A stretch of 32,000 nucleotides of DNA from Nostoc sp. PCC 7120 = FACHB-418. GTDB taxonomy: Bacteria; Cyanobacteriota; Cyanobacteriia; Cyanobacteriales; Nostocaceae. Made by a program: the position numbers and the translations under genes. A model generated the notes under the pieces. It worked only from the letters and a program-made list of their open reading frames with translations. It was not told where the DNA came from and did not search any database. Where the stretch lies: assembly GCF_000009705.1 (NCBI RefSeq), contig NC_003276.1, forward strand, positions 150,001-182,000. Direction: 5' to 3'. The first letter of the stretch is position 1. The number at the start of each line of letters is the position of its first letter. This document shows positions 8,772 through 16,954 of this stretch, in pieces.

Positions 8772-9995
8772 TCACTGCGAGACTTTCCTCTTTCGCCGAG
8801 ATGACTTACCTAAAGAAGTCGCCTTCTCCAAGCAGGGGTCAAACTCTCCAGAGGCGTGCTGAATTCCCGAATGTCCATCGGTATTTTTAAATAGTTCTAA
8901 TCCTTTGTTAAGGATATTAATACTGGCATTTAAGTCACGGCAAGCAGTGTATGAGCAGTTAGGGCAAATATGTGTTCTGGTGCTGAGAGTTTTGTGGACT
9001 TGATGCCCACAATTCGAGCAATCGATACTCGTGTACGCGGGTGACACAGCAACAACAACTCGTCCATACACCTTGCCGAAATACTCCAGCCACTGGGTGA
9101 AAATACTCCAACTGGCATCAGAAATACTTTTCGCTAGTTTGTGGTTTTTCAGCATATTCCGCACCTGTAAATTCTCATACGCCACAAAGTCTGCCGACTT
9201 AATTACGCTCAGTGCTTTCTTAACGCACCAATCTTTACGCTGGCGTTGCAACTTCAGGTGTTTTCTACCCAATCTATTTCGTGCTTTAGCACGATTTTTA
9301 GATCCTTTGGCACAATGAGACAATCTACGTTGTGCCTTTTTTAATGCTTTCTCGGATTTGCGTAGAAACCGGGGATTCTCAACTTTGTTGCCATCACTAT
9401 CTGTGTAGAAATGAGTTAGTCCAAGGTCAAGAGCAAGAGATTTACCAGTGGGTTCTAATTGCTCTTTTCGTTCGTGGTCAATGCAGAATTGGATGTATAT
9501 TCCATCTGAACGACGCACAATTCTGACTCGCTTTATTTGTTTTACTTGATAGTAATTTAAGTCACGGGTTCCCCTCAATTTCATCGTTCCAATTCCCAAC
9601 TTATCTGTGAATGTTATATAGTTGCGGCAATCGGATAGTGACCAACCACTTTGCTTGTATTCAACAGATGCTCTGGTTTGGAGTTTACGAAAACGAGGAA
9701 AACCCTTTTTGCCCGGAATCTTGTTTTTGCAATTATCAAAAAACCGTGCAATTGCTGCCCAGGCACGTTCTGCCATCGCCTGCCTTGCCGATGAGTTTAA
9801 TTTTGATACCCAAGGAAACGCAGGATTATCTGACAGAACTTTCGTATATTTATTCAAATCGTAACCGTTCTTCGCATGACCATCTATCCAATAGCGCAAG
9901 CAAGAGTTTCTAACAAAAAGAGCAGTTCTCAAAGCTTCATTCACTTTGAGTAACTGCTCTTTTGTTGCTTTTGCTTTTGCTTCGTAGATTATCAT
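8772..9995 (-). CDS. tnpB: Solo TnpB RNA-guided endonuclease (IS200/IS605 family, no adjacent tnpA)
   Basis: 407 aa. RuvC-I LALDLGLTHF, RuvC-II AYENL, zinc ribbon CSNCGH...CPNC and RuvC-III RDLNASINI are present. Confidence 0.9.
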   Translation of the reverse strand: MIIYEAKAKATKEQLLKVNEALRTALFVRNSCLRYWIDGHAKNGYDLNKYTKVLSDNPAFPWVSKLNSSARQAMAERAWAAIARFFDNCKNKIPGKKGFPRFRKLQTRASVEYKQSGWSLSDCRNYITFTDKLGIGTMKLRGTRDLNYYQVKQIKRVRIVRRSDGIYIQFCIDHERKEQLEPTGKSLALDLGLTHFYTDSDGNKVENPRFLRKSEKALKKAQRRLSHCAKGSKNRAKARNRLGRKHLKLQRQRKDWCVKKALSVIKSADFVAYENLQVRNMLKNHKLAKSISDASWSIFTQWLEYFGKVYGRVVVAVSPAYTSIDCSNCGHQVHKTLSTRTHICPNCSYTACRDLNASINILNKGLELFKNTDGHSGIQHASGEFDPCLEKATSLGKSSRRKRKVSQ

Positions 9996-10104
9996 GTGTT
10001 AGCTGAATTACTATCAAGTAGTCTACCATATTTACTATTAAAAACTCAACTATCCCTGGCACTTATCTCGCTACGCTCGATTTCGTTCCAGGGGTGTTTC
10101 GTTT

Positions 10105-10164
10105 TTAACCGCTACACGACCCCAGGTGCAGCGATAGCGGAACCTGGGGTCTTGTAGCGGTTAA
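10105..10164. repeat. Long imperfect palindrome (23-bp stem with 1 mismatch, 14-nt loop)
   Basis: TTAACCGCTACACGACCCCAGGT (10105-10127) pairs with ACCTGGGGTCTTGTAGCGGTTAA (10142-10164). Confidence 0.8.
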
Positions 10165-10167
10165 GAT

Positions 10168-10206
10168 AAAAAAACCGTGGTTAAATTTTTAGCAACCACG
10201 GTTTTT
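10168..10206 (-). terminator. Rho-independent terminator for the Bax-inhibitor-like gene (bidirectional shape)
   Basis: AACCGTGGTT (10173-10182) pairs with AACCACGGTT (10194-10203), flanked by an A-run and a T-run. On the minus strand the stem is followed by T7. It lies ~40 nt past the stop codon at 10246. Confidence 0.75.
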
Positions 10207-10245
10207 ACTTGATAAAACTTTACTTGTGTTAGCGTCTACAGACAA

Positions 10246-10973
10246 TTAATCGCGGCCATTGATGGCAATTAGCAACCGCAAGATAAAGACGAACAAGTTG
10301 ATGTAAGTAAGGTACATCGACAAAGCAGCAGGCAGATATTGGTCATCGCTGTAAGTACGGGGCAAGATGTAGAAATCAACAACAGAAACCCCAACAAACA
10401 GGAATACTCCTAAACCGGAGATGGCGATTTCTAACCAATTTGGCGTGTAAACACCAAACATGGCAAACCCAAATTGGACAAGGCATACAACCAGCAAGGC
10501 GATAACGCCGAGATTGATGGTTTTTGTCAAAGCCATGCCATCTTGTTCAGAAAGATTTGAACCAATTTGACGAGCAGCAATAAAGGTAACGCCACAACCA
10601 AGGGCAGCTAAACAATACCTTGAATGCCAACACCTTGGGATCTCAAAGCGACATAAACCAAGCCACTGAGAGTATACCCAGACAAGAGACTGTAAGTTGC
10701 CAGCAGGGGTAGTGCAAGACCCTTGTTACCTTTTTGGGCCACATTTTGGGCCACAAAGAACAAAATTAACTCTACAATCACCGCACCAATGAAGGTAGGA
10801 AAGAATATTCCGGGGTTAGTACGGATAACTCCCAAACCGCCGTAGGTTCCTAATGCGGTTAGCACCAATCCACCACCGACGTAGGGAAGGGCGTTGGCAA
10901 TTACGTTTGGGCCAACGAGGGCGTGAGATTTAGCCTCACGGATAGCTTCACGAAAATTACTGGTATTGCTCAT
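10246..10973 (-). pseudogene. Bax inhibitor-1/YccA-family membrane protein, split by a 1-nt frameshift
   Basis: ORFs 10608..10973 and 10246..10536 are the two halves of one multi-pass membrane protein. The downstream frame stays open back through ..LAALGCGVTFIAARQIGSNLSEQDGMALT... Adding one T to the GTTTAG run (plus-strand AAA at 10610-10612) restores a single ~243-aa frame. Confidence 0.75.
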
Positions 10974-11176
10974 ATTGAAAAACTGTTTTTTAGGAAAACG
11001 TTGTGCTTATTCCTATTGTTACCAATCTTTGCGGTTAATAGCCAAGGATTTAATCTTGTTGCAAAATCTGAAAGGTAGCTTCGTTGTTAAAAATTGGAAT
11101 CCTCAGAGAATGATGATTCCACAGGATCTTTAATACTGATAGCATACTCTTTAGTGAGACAAGAGCAAGAATATCG

Positions 11177-12588
11177 GGTTCTTGCGCCTGTTTTATGGAG
11201 AATTAATACTAAAGTGCCAGTTTAATAAACTGCGTAAACGGAAATTGTTGAAGTTACGGAAACCATATCCAAGACGTTTAATCAGCTTAAGTTTATTATT
11301 AATACCTTCTACAGTACCACTGGTAGTTCTACCATCAAAATAACCAACTATTTCCCCAAACCATCTAATCATTGTTCCGATAGATTTGGGAAAAAGTAGC
11401 ATGGCATCATACATCCAATCCAATAATTGAATGATGCTATCTCCCCAATATGTGTGAGATTCAAAGATTTGTCTAAATTTTTCTTTCAAGGAGTGCATCT
11501 TTGCTAGAGTTGGTGATACTTCTTGGACAGCTTTCAGTCTGATTTTTTGCTCTTCGTTTAACGAGTCTTCATTTTTAATCAAGCTATATTTACTTTTATT
11601 TAATCCCGCTAATATTCGTTCTTTTTCTGATTTATCTTCTAAAGACATTGCTGCTTTTTTCTCGGATTTACGTATTGTATCTAATTCATCATTTACCTGT
11701 TTCATCACATGAAACCTATCAGCAGTTATATTTGCATTGGGCATTAATTCTTCGACTAGACTTTTATAAGGAGACCACAGGTCTATACTCACTTCTTGGA
11801 TTTGCTCAAGTACCTTTAATCCCCATCCTTTCATGACTTCACCGATTTCTTCTATCCTTCTTGTCTTCACTATCTCAATTGGTTTACGAGTATCTAAATC
11901 TACTATTACTGCCAGATAATTTCCTTGCCCTTTCACTAAGGCTATTTCATCTATTCCTAACCTTTTTAATCCTCTTAAATTTATCTTCTGTATTTGGGTT
12001 ACTTGCCTTTTTAACATCGATTCTACTTCCTCATCACTGAGGTCGTTTCTTTTAGCCACGCTATGAATGTTGCTATTCAATACTTGCTCTACTATGTTAG
12101 CTGCTAATCTTTTTGTATATCCTTTGCTCTTTTCTACAAACTCTAGTTTCTCACTAAACACTTTTTTACACTTATGGCATTTAAATTGACGACGATTTAT
12201 TTTTAACAGAACTGGTTTTTCACTCCACGGTAAATCGTGAATCATTCGCCAATGGTCTTGGTGTATACTTTGAGTTACATTTCCACAATTTGGACAGCTA
12301 CAATGGTTGACGGCTTTTTCGATTGTGATAATTATTCCTGCTCCTTCCACTTCTTGACAATCTAACACTTTCGTCTCTGGTAGATTGAGGATTTGCTCTA
12401 CGGGAAATTTCATAACTATCGCCGCCAATTCCTGTGCTTGATCTATAATTATCTTACTTTCGGTAATTAAACATACCTTCAAAGCTGTAAAGTATTGTAT
12501 CTACTCTAGTTTAGGCTTCAATCTTTATAAATTTTATCCATTAATTTTCATTACTTTTTGCTTTCTCCATAAAATATCCGAAAGAACC
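11177..12588 (-). mobile_element. Complete ISL3-family insertion sequence (1412 bp)
   Basis: The terminal inverted repeats are GGTTCTTGCGCCTGTTTTATGGAGAA (11177-) and the reverse complement of 12563-12588, GGTTCTTTCGGATATTTTATGGAGAA (22/26 match). A perfect 8-bp target duplication GAATATCG lies at 11169-11176 and 12589-12596. Confidence 0.85.
11193..12413 (-). CDS. ISL3-family DDE transposase
   Basis: N-terminal zinc finger CPNCG...CHKCKK, then GIDEIALVKGQGNYLAVIVDLD, DRFHVMK and C-terminal TSGTVEGINNKLKLIKRLGYGFRNFNNF. The track start is 12482; the family-typical start MKFPVEQILNLP is the ATG at 12413. The stop codon lies inside the inverted repeat. Confidence 0.9.
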   Translation of the reverse strand: MKFPVEQILNLPETKVLDCQEVEGAGIIITIEKAVNHCSCPNCGNVTQSIHQDHWRMIHDLPWSEKPVLLKINRRQFKCHKCKKVFSEKLEFVEKSKGYTKRLAANIVEQVLNSNIHSVAKRNDLSDEEVESMLKRQVTQIQKINLRGLKRLGIDEIALVKGQGNYLAVIVDLDTRKPIEIVKTRRIEEIGEVMKGWGLKVLEQIQEVSIDLWSPYKSLVEELMPNANITADRFHVMKQVNDELDTIRKSEKKAAMSLEDKSEKERILAGLNKSKYSLIKNEDSLNEEQKIRLKAVQEVSPTLAKMHSLKEKFRQIFESHTYWGDSIIQLLDWMYDAMLLFPKSIGTMIRWFGEIVGYFDGRTTSGTVEGINNKLKLIKRLGYGFRNFNNFRLRSLLNWHFSINSP

Positions 12589-12990
12589 GAATATCGTAAA
12601 CTACCAATTTGATACCATTTCCCGAAAAATCTCATACAGATGTAAACTCTAAAAGCTGCTGCATCTAGGTTTTTTAATTGCGTTAGCGGGGCGGGGCGGG
12701 AACATCGTTGCGAATTGTGAATTAGTAAGACACTCCCTTTGAGTGGGCGCGACGGCAGCAAATCGTACTGGCGATATCTGATGGGGTCGTGTATATGCGC
12801 TTGGGGTAGGCTGTAGATTTACAACAGATAATGCGGCGATATCTTATAACTTAAAAAGTGGAAAATGAATTTTTGATTTGTTTTATTAAAGGATAAATCT
12901 GATTACAAATAAATATTTTATACTCCGCTTTAAATTATAAAAGCTTAATGTAAAATTCAAATAAGCAATTTATTTTTATATACGTATATC

Positions 12991-13797
12991 ATGTACAAAA
13001 ATAGTGGTAGATGTCTAGATGAGTATATGGTTAATGATGATGATGCTAGCCAATATCTGCGTGAATGTGCTATAGCTGCTCTTATAATAGTAGGAGCTTA
13101 CACTTTATTTATAACTGAACTTATTTCTAGTTTAATTTTATTTATAATTGTTGCTGTTACTTTACCTCGTTGGATTATTAATGTCCATGAACTGCTTCAT
13201 GCTAAAAGCAGCGAGCAGATAAATGGAATCATCAGATGTTTAGGAATTAGTCCTGTTCCACTCTCTATTTTTACATTAAGCTATCAGCAGATTCATGAAA
13301 TTCATCTAGCTCATCATCGCCATGCTGCAACAGAATCTGACCCAGATGCTTACCATATTAGAGGAAATTTATTCCTTATCATATTAAACTCTTTGACTAC
13401 ACCAGAGCAAAGCTTTCTCCGTTGGGTGAAAATAAATGGATTTAGTCCTCAACTAGGGATTGATTTGCTAATTAAATTATTATTTTTAGTAATATTAGCT
13501 TTATTAGGTGGAAAAAAGTTTTTATTTTTTTTGTTATTTATCAGAATTGTATATGGACTAGGTGACTTAGTGTTTTTTCGTCTTGTTCATCATCAGAAAG
13601 GCGAATACGGAACATTTGAAATGAAACTTCCCAGTATTATTACAACATGGGGAGAGCGAATTTTTGGGCGGACTGTGATTCAAGCAACAATTAATCATGA
13701 TGTCCATCATCAAAATCCTCGAATTGCCGCACATAATCTGGCAAAAGTTAGAGAACATATCATGGTTTCATGTTGCTCCAGAAGCAGCAGTGGGTAG
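12991..13797 (+). CDS. Fatty-acid-desaturase-family (His-box di-iron) membrane protein; the 3' end runs into ilvD-derived DNA
   Basis: Three His boxes are present: HELLH, HLAHHRH and HDVHHQN. It has several hydrophobic segments and a very AT-rich composition compared with its neighbours. The last ~10 codons and the stop codon lie in out-of-frame ilvD remnant sequence. Confidence 0.65.
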   Translation: MYKNSGRCLDEYMVNDDDASQYLRECAIAALIIVGAYTLFITELISSLILFIIVAVTLPRWIINVHELLHAKSSEQINGIIRCLGISPVPLSIFTLSYQQIHEIHLAHHRHAATESDPDAYHIRGNLFLIILNSLTTPEQSFLRWVKINGFSPQLGIDLLIKLLFLVILALLGGKKFLFFLLFIRIVYGLGDLVFFRLVHHQKGEYGTFEMKLPSIITTWGERIFGRTVIQATINHDVHHQNPRIAAHNLAKVREHIMVSCCSRSSSG

Positions 13798-14032
13798 TGC
13801 GTAGGCGTAGCCCGCCGTAGGCATCGCTCTTGTAGAAGAAGGCGATAGTATTACCATTGATGCACCTGCACGTCTCTTGCAGTTGAACATATCTGATCAT
13901 GAATTAGCTCGTCGTCGTGCTAGTTGGCAACCTCCTGTACCACGTTACACTAAAGGCGTGTTGGCGAAATATGCCAAATTGGTATCTTCTAGCAGTATCG
14001 GTGCTGTGACAGATTTGGATTTGTTCAATTGA
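13769..14032 (+). pseudogene. ilvD: Dihydroxy-acid dehydratase (ilvD), C-terminal remnant only
   Basis: The frame reads HVAPEAAVG, then a 24-nt insert with 2 stop codons, then [70 protein letters not shown]. This is the conserved IlvD C-terminus. No upstream ilvD sequence is present. Confidence 0.75.
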
Positions 14033-14198
14033 TATATAGGAGACATCCCCAGAAATTAGGTTTTCACCAAGATAAGATAAAGGTTTCAGCTTCTTTTTCG
14101 GAGATGTCTAGGGTAATTGATACAGAGTTTTAAGATTGCAGAAAATGTAGTTAGCCTAAACTATAATACGTTTGTACTAACTTATCTCTGCAACAATT

Positions 14199-14648
14199 AT
14201 GGCAGTTAAACCTATTCCATCCGGTTATCATACTGTTACACCGTATCTTTTTGTCGAAGGCGCAGCAACCTTAATCGAGTTTCTCAAACAGGGTTTTGCA
14301 GCCAAGGAAATTCGTCGTACTTTACATCCAGAAGGCAGCATCATGAATGCTGAAGTCAAAATTGGCGACTCAGTAATAATGTTGAGTGAAGCAAGGTGTG
14401 AATTTAAGCCAATGCCAAGCTCCATTTACCTCTATGTGGAGAATACGGACACAACTTATGACAATGCTCTCAAAGCGGGTGCTATTTCAATGATGCAGCC
14501 AAATGATGAATTTTGGGGCGATCGCCATGCGGCTGTGAAAGACCCAAACGGAAATTATTGGTGGATTGCGACTCATCAAGAGGATGTTTCATCCGAAGAA
14601 ATTGAACAACGAATTAAAGTCTTATTTGGCAGCAAAGAAGAAGTTTAA
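14199..14648 (+). CDS. VOC (glyoxalase/bleomycin-resistance, PhnB-like) family protein
   Basis: 149 aa. GYHTVTPYLFV.GA...IEF....F.A.E........G.I.NAEVKIGDS.IML.. and ...FWGDR...V.DP.GN.WWIAT are typical of this fold family. Confidence 0.75.
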   Translation: MAVKPIPSGYHTVTPYLFVEGAATLIEFLKQGFAAKEIRRTLHPEGSIMNAEVKIGDSVIMLSEARCEFKPMPSSIYLYVENTDTTYDNALKAGAISMMQPNDEFWGDRHAAVKDPNGNYWWIATHQEDVSSEEIEQRIKVLFGSKEEV

Positions 14649-14694
14649 TTCAGCATCCCAACTATAGCAATCAGCTTTGATTTTTGACATCATC

Positions 14695-14725
14695 CCACCG
14701 CTATACCCACAAGGGTTAGCGGGGG
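14695..14725. terminator. Stem-loop between convergent genes (possible bidirectional terminator)
   Basis: CCACCGCTATACCC-ACAA-GGGTTAGCGGGGG has a ~13-bp stem with one mismatch and one bulge. There is no strong U-tract. Confidence 0.4.
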
Positions 14726-14735
14726 ACTATTTGCG

Positions 14736-14765
14736 AACTACGGCTCTATTCCTTCATCAATCCAA
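14736..14765 (+). repeat. 30-bp perfect direct repeat, copy 1
   Basis: AACTACGGCTCTATTCCTTCATCAATCCAA is identical to 30524-30553. On the minus strand it encodes WIDEGIEP plus a stop codon. Confidence 0.95.
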
Positions 14766-15160
14766 ATCTGAAAATCATAGAAATGTTGAAGCGATCTCTT
14801 TAGCAAAAATCTTCCTTCAAGAACAATTACATCCACGTTAAAAAATTGATAATAATAGGTTTGCGGTATACCTGTAATTCCTGTTAAAAGCGTCGTTAAA
14901 TTAATCATACGCTGATTTTTTAACGGCAGGATCAATTGCTGGAATAGAGCATCAAAGTTAAAAGCATGATGGTAAAAATGCGTTGCTGGATTCTCAGAAT
15001 TAAATCGCTCAGTCGGGAGCTTATGCCAAGCATCTAAATTAATGGAAACAGCATGAACACTTTGCTCATTGAGAGCAATTATTAATTTTTCAGTAATATA
15101 ACCTTTGCCAGAACCATCAATACCACTGACAGCAACTAAAAAACCTCTATCTACTGACAA
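14738..15160 (-). CDS. P-loop nucleoside/nucleotide kinase-like protein, probably C-terminally truncated
   Basis: The Walker A motif is VAVSGIDGSGKG and the start codon is TTG. The kinase-like sequence stops at ..DFQIWID and then runs into the 30-bp repeat (EGIEP*). 140 aa is shorter than I expect for this family. Confidence 0.55.
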   Translation of the reverse strand: MSVDRGFLVAVSGIDGSGKGYITEKLIIALNEQSVHAVSINLDAWHKLPTERFNSENPATHFYHHAFNFDALFQQLILPLKNQRMINLTTLLTGITGIPQTYYYQFFNVDVIVLEGRFLLKRSLQHFYDFQIWIDEGIEP

Positions 15161-15181
15161 TTCTGCTTGCTTTTTGATTAT

Positions 15182-15733
15182 TCATGATAATTTTTCGCCT
15201 TTTTTTGTTAATTGATAATCCTCAAAAATTACCTCATATCCATTTCCTTGTGGTGATGCACACATGATTCCGACTTGAATGTCTAGCGCGACTGGAAAAT
15301 AAGCCATTCTAAATGGAACATAGCGAGAATATTCATCTAAATAAGCAATATGAATTGCCTCTTGGCATCGCTCAACCCGTACCTGAAAAATGTTAGGAGG
15401 ATTTAACAGAGGTGTGAATGACCAATCTGAATAGTTGTGAGTGACAACAGCACTCAGATTTTGTACTCCATCTACATACTCAATCCCAGTTTTGATCCAA
15501 TGTTGCTCGTCAGCACGAATCATAATTCCTGCTTGGTCGTATAAGTCTTTATAGTTTCCTTTTATCTTGACATCGACCACAAAATCTGTACTCACTCGGT
15601 CAAAATAGAAATGTCCGCTATCACGAATAAAACCATAGTGAGTTATACGCCAAAAATCTGTTTTTGGTGAGGTTGTAACTATAATTTTCTGATCTGAATG
15701 CGACCAATTAGGAGGTTCATTAAGCCATTCCAT
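15182..15733 (-). CDS. DUF1349-family protein (concanavalin-like fold)
   Basis: WLNEP..W.......I.V.T...TDFW..THYGF..D.GHF......DF...VK..G.Y..LYDQAG.MIR.D...W.K.G.E...G....S.VVT...SDWS matches my recollection of the DUF1349 pattern. Confidence 0.7.
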   Translation of the reverse strand: MEWLNEPPNWSHSDQKIIVTTSPKTDFWRITHYGFIRDSGHFYFDRVSTDFVVDVKIKGNYKDLYDQAGIMIRADEQHWIKTGIEYVDGVQNLSAVVTHNYSDWSFTPLLNPPNIFQVRVERCQEAIHIAYLDEYSRYVPFRMAYFPVALDIQVGIMCASPQGNGYEVIFEDYQLTKKGEKLS

Positions 15734-15858
15734 AGTTTTTATTGCAATTTTAGATGTAAAGGAATAAAGGGAGAAACGATGTTCCTATATGGTTGTGGAA
15801 TTTTACTGTGAGTAACTGAATTTTAAAAAATCCCCGTCGTTCAACTTTATTTAAGGTA

Positions 15859-16332
15859 CTACTTGAAGCTTTGGTCAGAATAGTTTTTGTCCAATTGATT
15901 AATTGCGATTGCTACTACTAATGTGGCTATTCCTAATATCTTGGGTGTGGTAATCGGATATTTAATAGCACAGAACCATCCCAACTGATCAATTACCAGT
16001 GACATAAACATCTGGCTAAAGACGACAACTAAAGTAGTTGTTGTTAAACCCAATTTAGGAACTATTAAGGTACTTAAGGTTACGAAGATTGCACCTAATA
16101 AACCACCTAAAAATGCCCACCAAGGAGTAACAGAAAGTAAGTCAAGTTTATAGGGTTTGAAAATACCAAGTACTAGCAGCAATGTGAGAATACTAAACCC
16201 AACTACAAAATTAATTGTTGCTGATGCTATTGGAGAGTCGAGTATTGTCTTTAATTGAGCATTAGCAGCTGCGCCAATTGTTGAAAAGCCACCAGCCGAA
16301 CCAGCACCAAGTAATGCTAAGAAGATTTCCAT
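15859..16332 (-). CDS. DMT-superfamily (YdcZ/DUF606-like) membrane transporter subunit
   Basis: Polytopic membrane protein of ~157 aa from the ATG at 16332 (MEIFLALLGAG..). It is paralogous to the upstream gene (shared motif ..N(A)QL...L.S...A). Confidence 0.7.
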   Translation of the reverse strand: MEIFLALLGAGSAGGFSTIGAAANAQLKTILDSPIASATINFVVGFSILTLLLVLGIFKPYKLDLLSVTPWWAFLGGLLGAIFVTLSTLIVPKLGLTTTTLVVVFSQMFMSLVIDQLGWFCAIKYPITTPKILGIATLVVAIAINQLDKNYSDQSFK

Positions 16333-16351
16333 AAGATGATATTGAAAAGTA

Positions 16352-16843
16352 TTAGGTTGGTAGCGAAAGCAAAAAAATTGCCACAATTAACAGCCCCATC
16401 ACAAGGCGACGATTAGCACTCAGGCGACGGCGGTTAACTCCCAACCAGCCAAAATGGTCAGTCACTAAGCCAGCGATCGCTTGTCCACAAATAATTAACC
16501 CCTGAGTTAAGGTAGTCCCCAAAATAGAGGTGAAATAAGCACTGGAGGTAATATACCAAACTCCAAATAAACCACCCATTAGACTCCATCGAGGAGCTTT
16601 GGCTAAAGCAGACCAATCTGGATGACCAAACCAACCTGTGCATAACAAACTAATCAATGCAATTGAGCCGACAAGGTAAGAAATATCTGCGGCTAGGGGT
16701 ACAGAATTGAGCGATCGCGCTAATTGAGCATTGAGATTGCTTTGAATCGGCAAGATAGCACCGTTCAGCAATGCTAGTAGAACATACAAGTAGCTTTGAC
16801 CATTAGGGACAGACCCCCGGAGAACTAGACGTATGGGTGTCAT
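16352..16843 (-). CDS. DMT-superfamily (YdcZ/DUF606-like) membrane transporter subunit
   Basis: Polytopic membrane protein. The likely start is the ATG at 16843 (MTPIRLVL..); the track start at 16885 would overlap the operator palindrome. Confidence 0.7.
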   Translation of the reverse strand: MTPIRLVLRGSVPNGQSYLYVLLALLNGAILPIQSNLNAQLARSLNSVPLAADISYLVGSIALISLLCTGWFGHPDWSALAKAPRWSLMGGLFGVWYITSSAYFTSILGTTLTQGLIICGQAIAGLVTDHFGWLGVNRRRLSANRRLVMGLLIVAIFLLSLPT

Positions 16844-16884
16844 GGCTGTTGTTTTATGAGGAGAATAGAGGATGCCTGTAAACA

Positions 16885-16944
16885 TATCTTGATATCAAGA
16901 TACTTAAAATAAAGATAAAAGTCAAGAATCTCGATGTCAAGATA
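16885..16944. promoter_or_regulatory. Putative MarR operator region in the divergent promoter
   Basis: A perfect 18-bp palindrome TATCTTGATATCAAGATA lies at 16885-16902. Further TCAAGA half-sites lie at 16922-16927 and 16937-16942, and TCAAGATA occurs twice. The region sits between the divergent DMT operon and the marR-type gene. Confidence 0.5.
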
Positions 16945-16954
16945 AAATGGCAAT

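Noticed and set aside
406-9995. The idea that the TnpB copies are nuclease-dead TldR-type repressors
   Set aside because: All three full-length copies retain the RuvC D, E and D residues in their expected motifs, so there is no sequence evidence for catalytic inactivation.
12688-12700. A G-rich run, GGGGCGGGGCGGG, as a possible G-quadruplex
   Set aside because: There are only three G-tracts, so a canonical four-tract quadruplex cannot form. It is an isolated occurrence.
12534-12761. A 75-aa minus-strand ORF next to the ISL3 element
   Set aside because: It crosses the IS right end and target duplication at 12588/12589, so it exists only because of the insertion. It has no motif.
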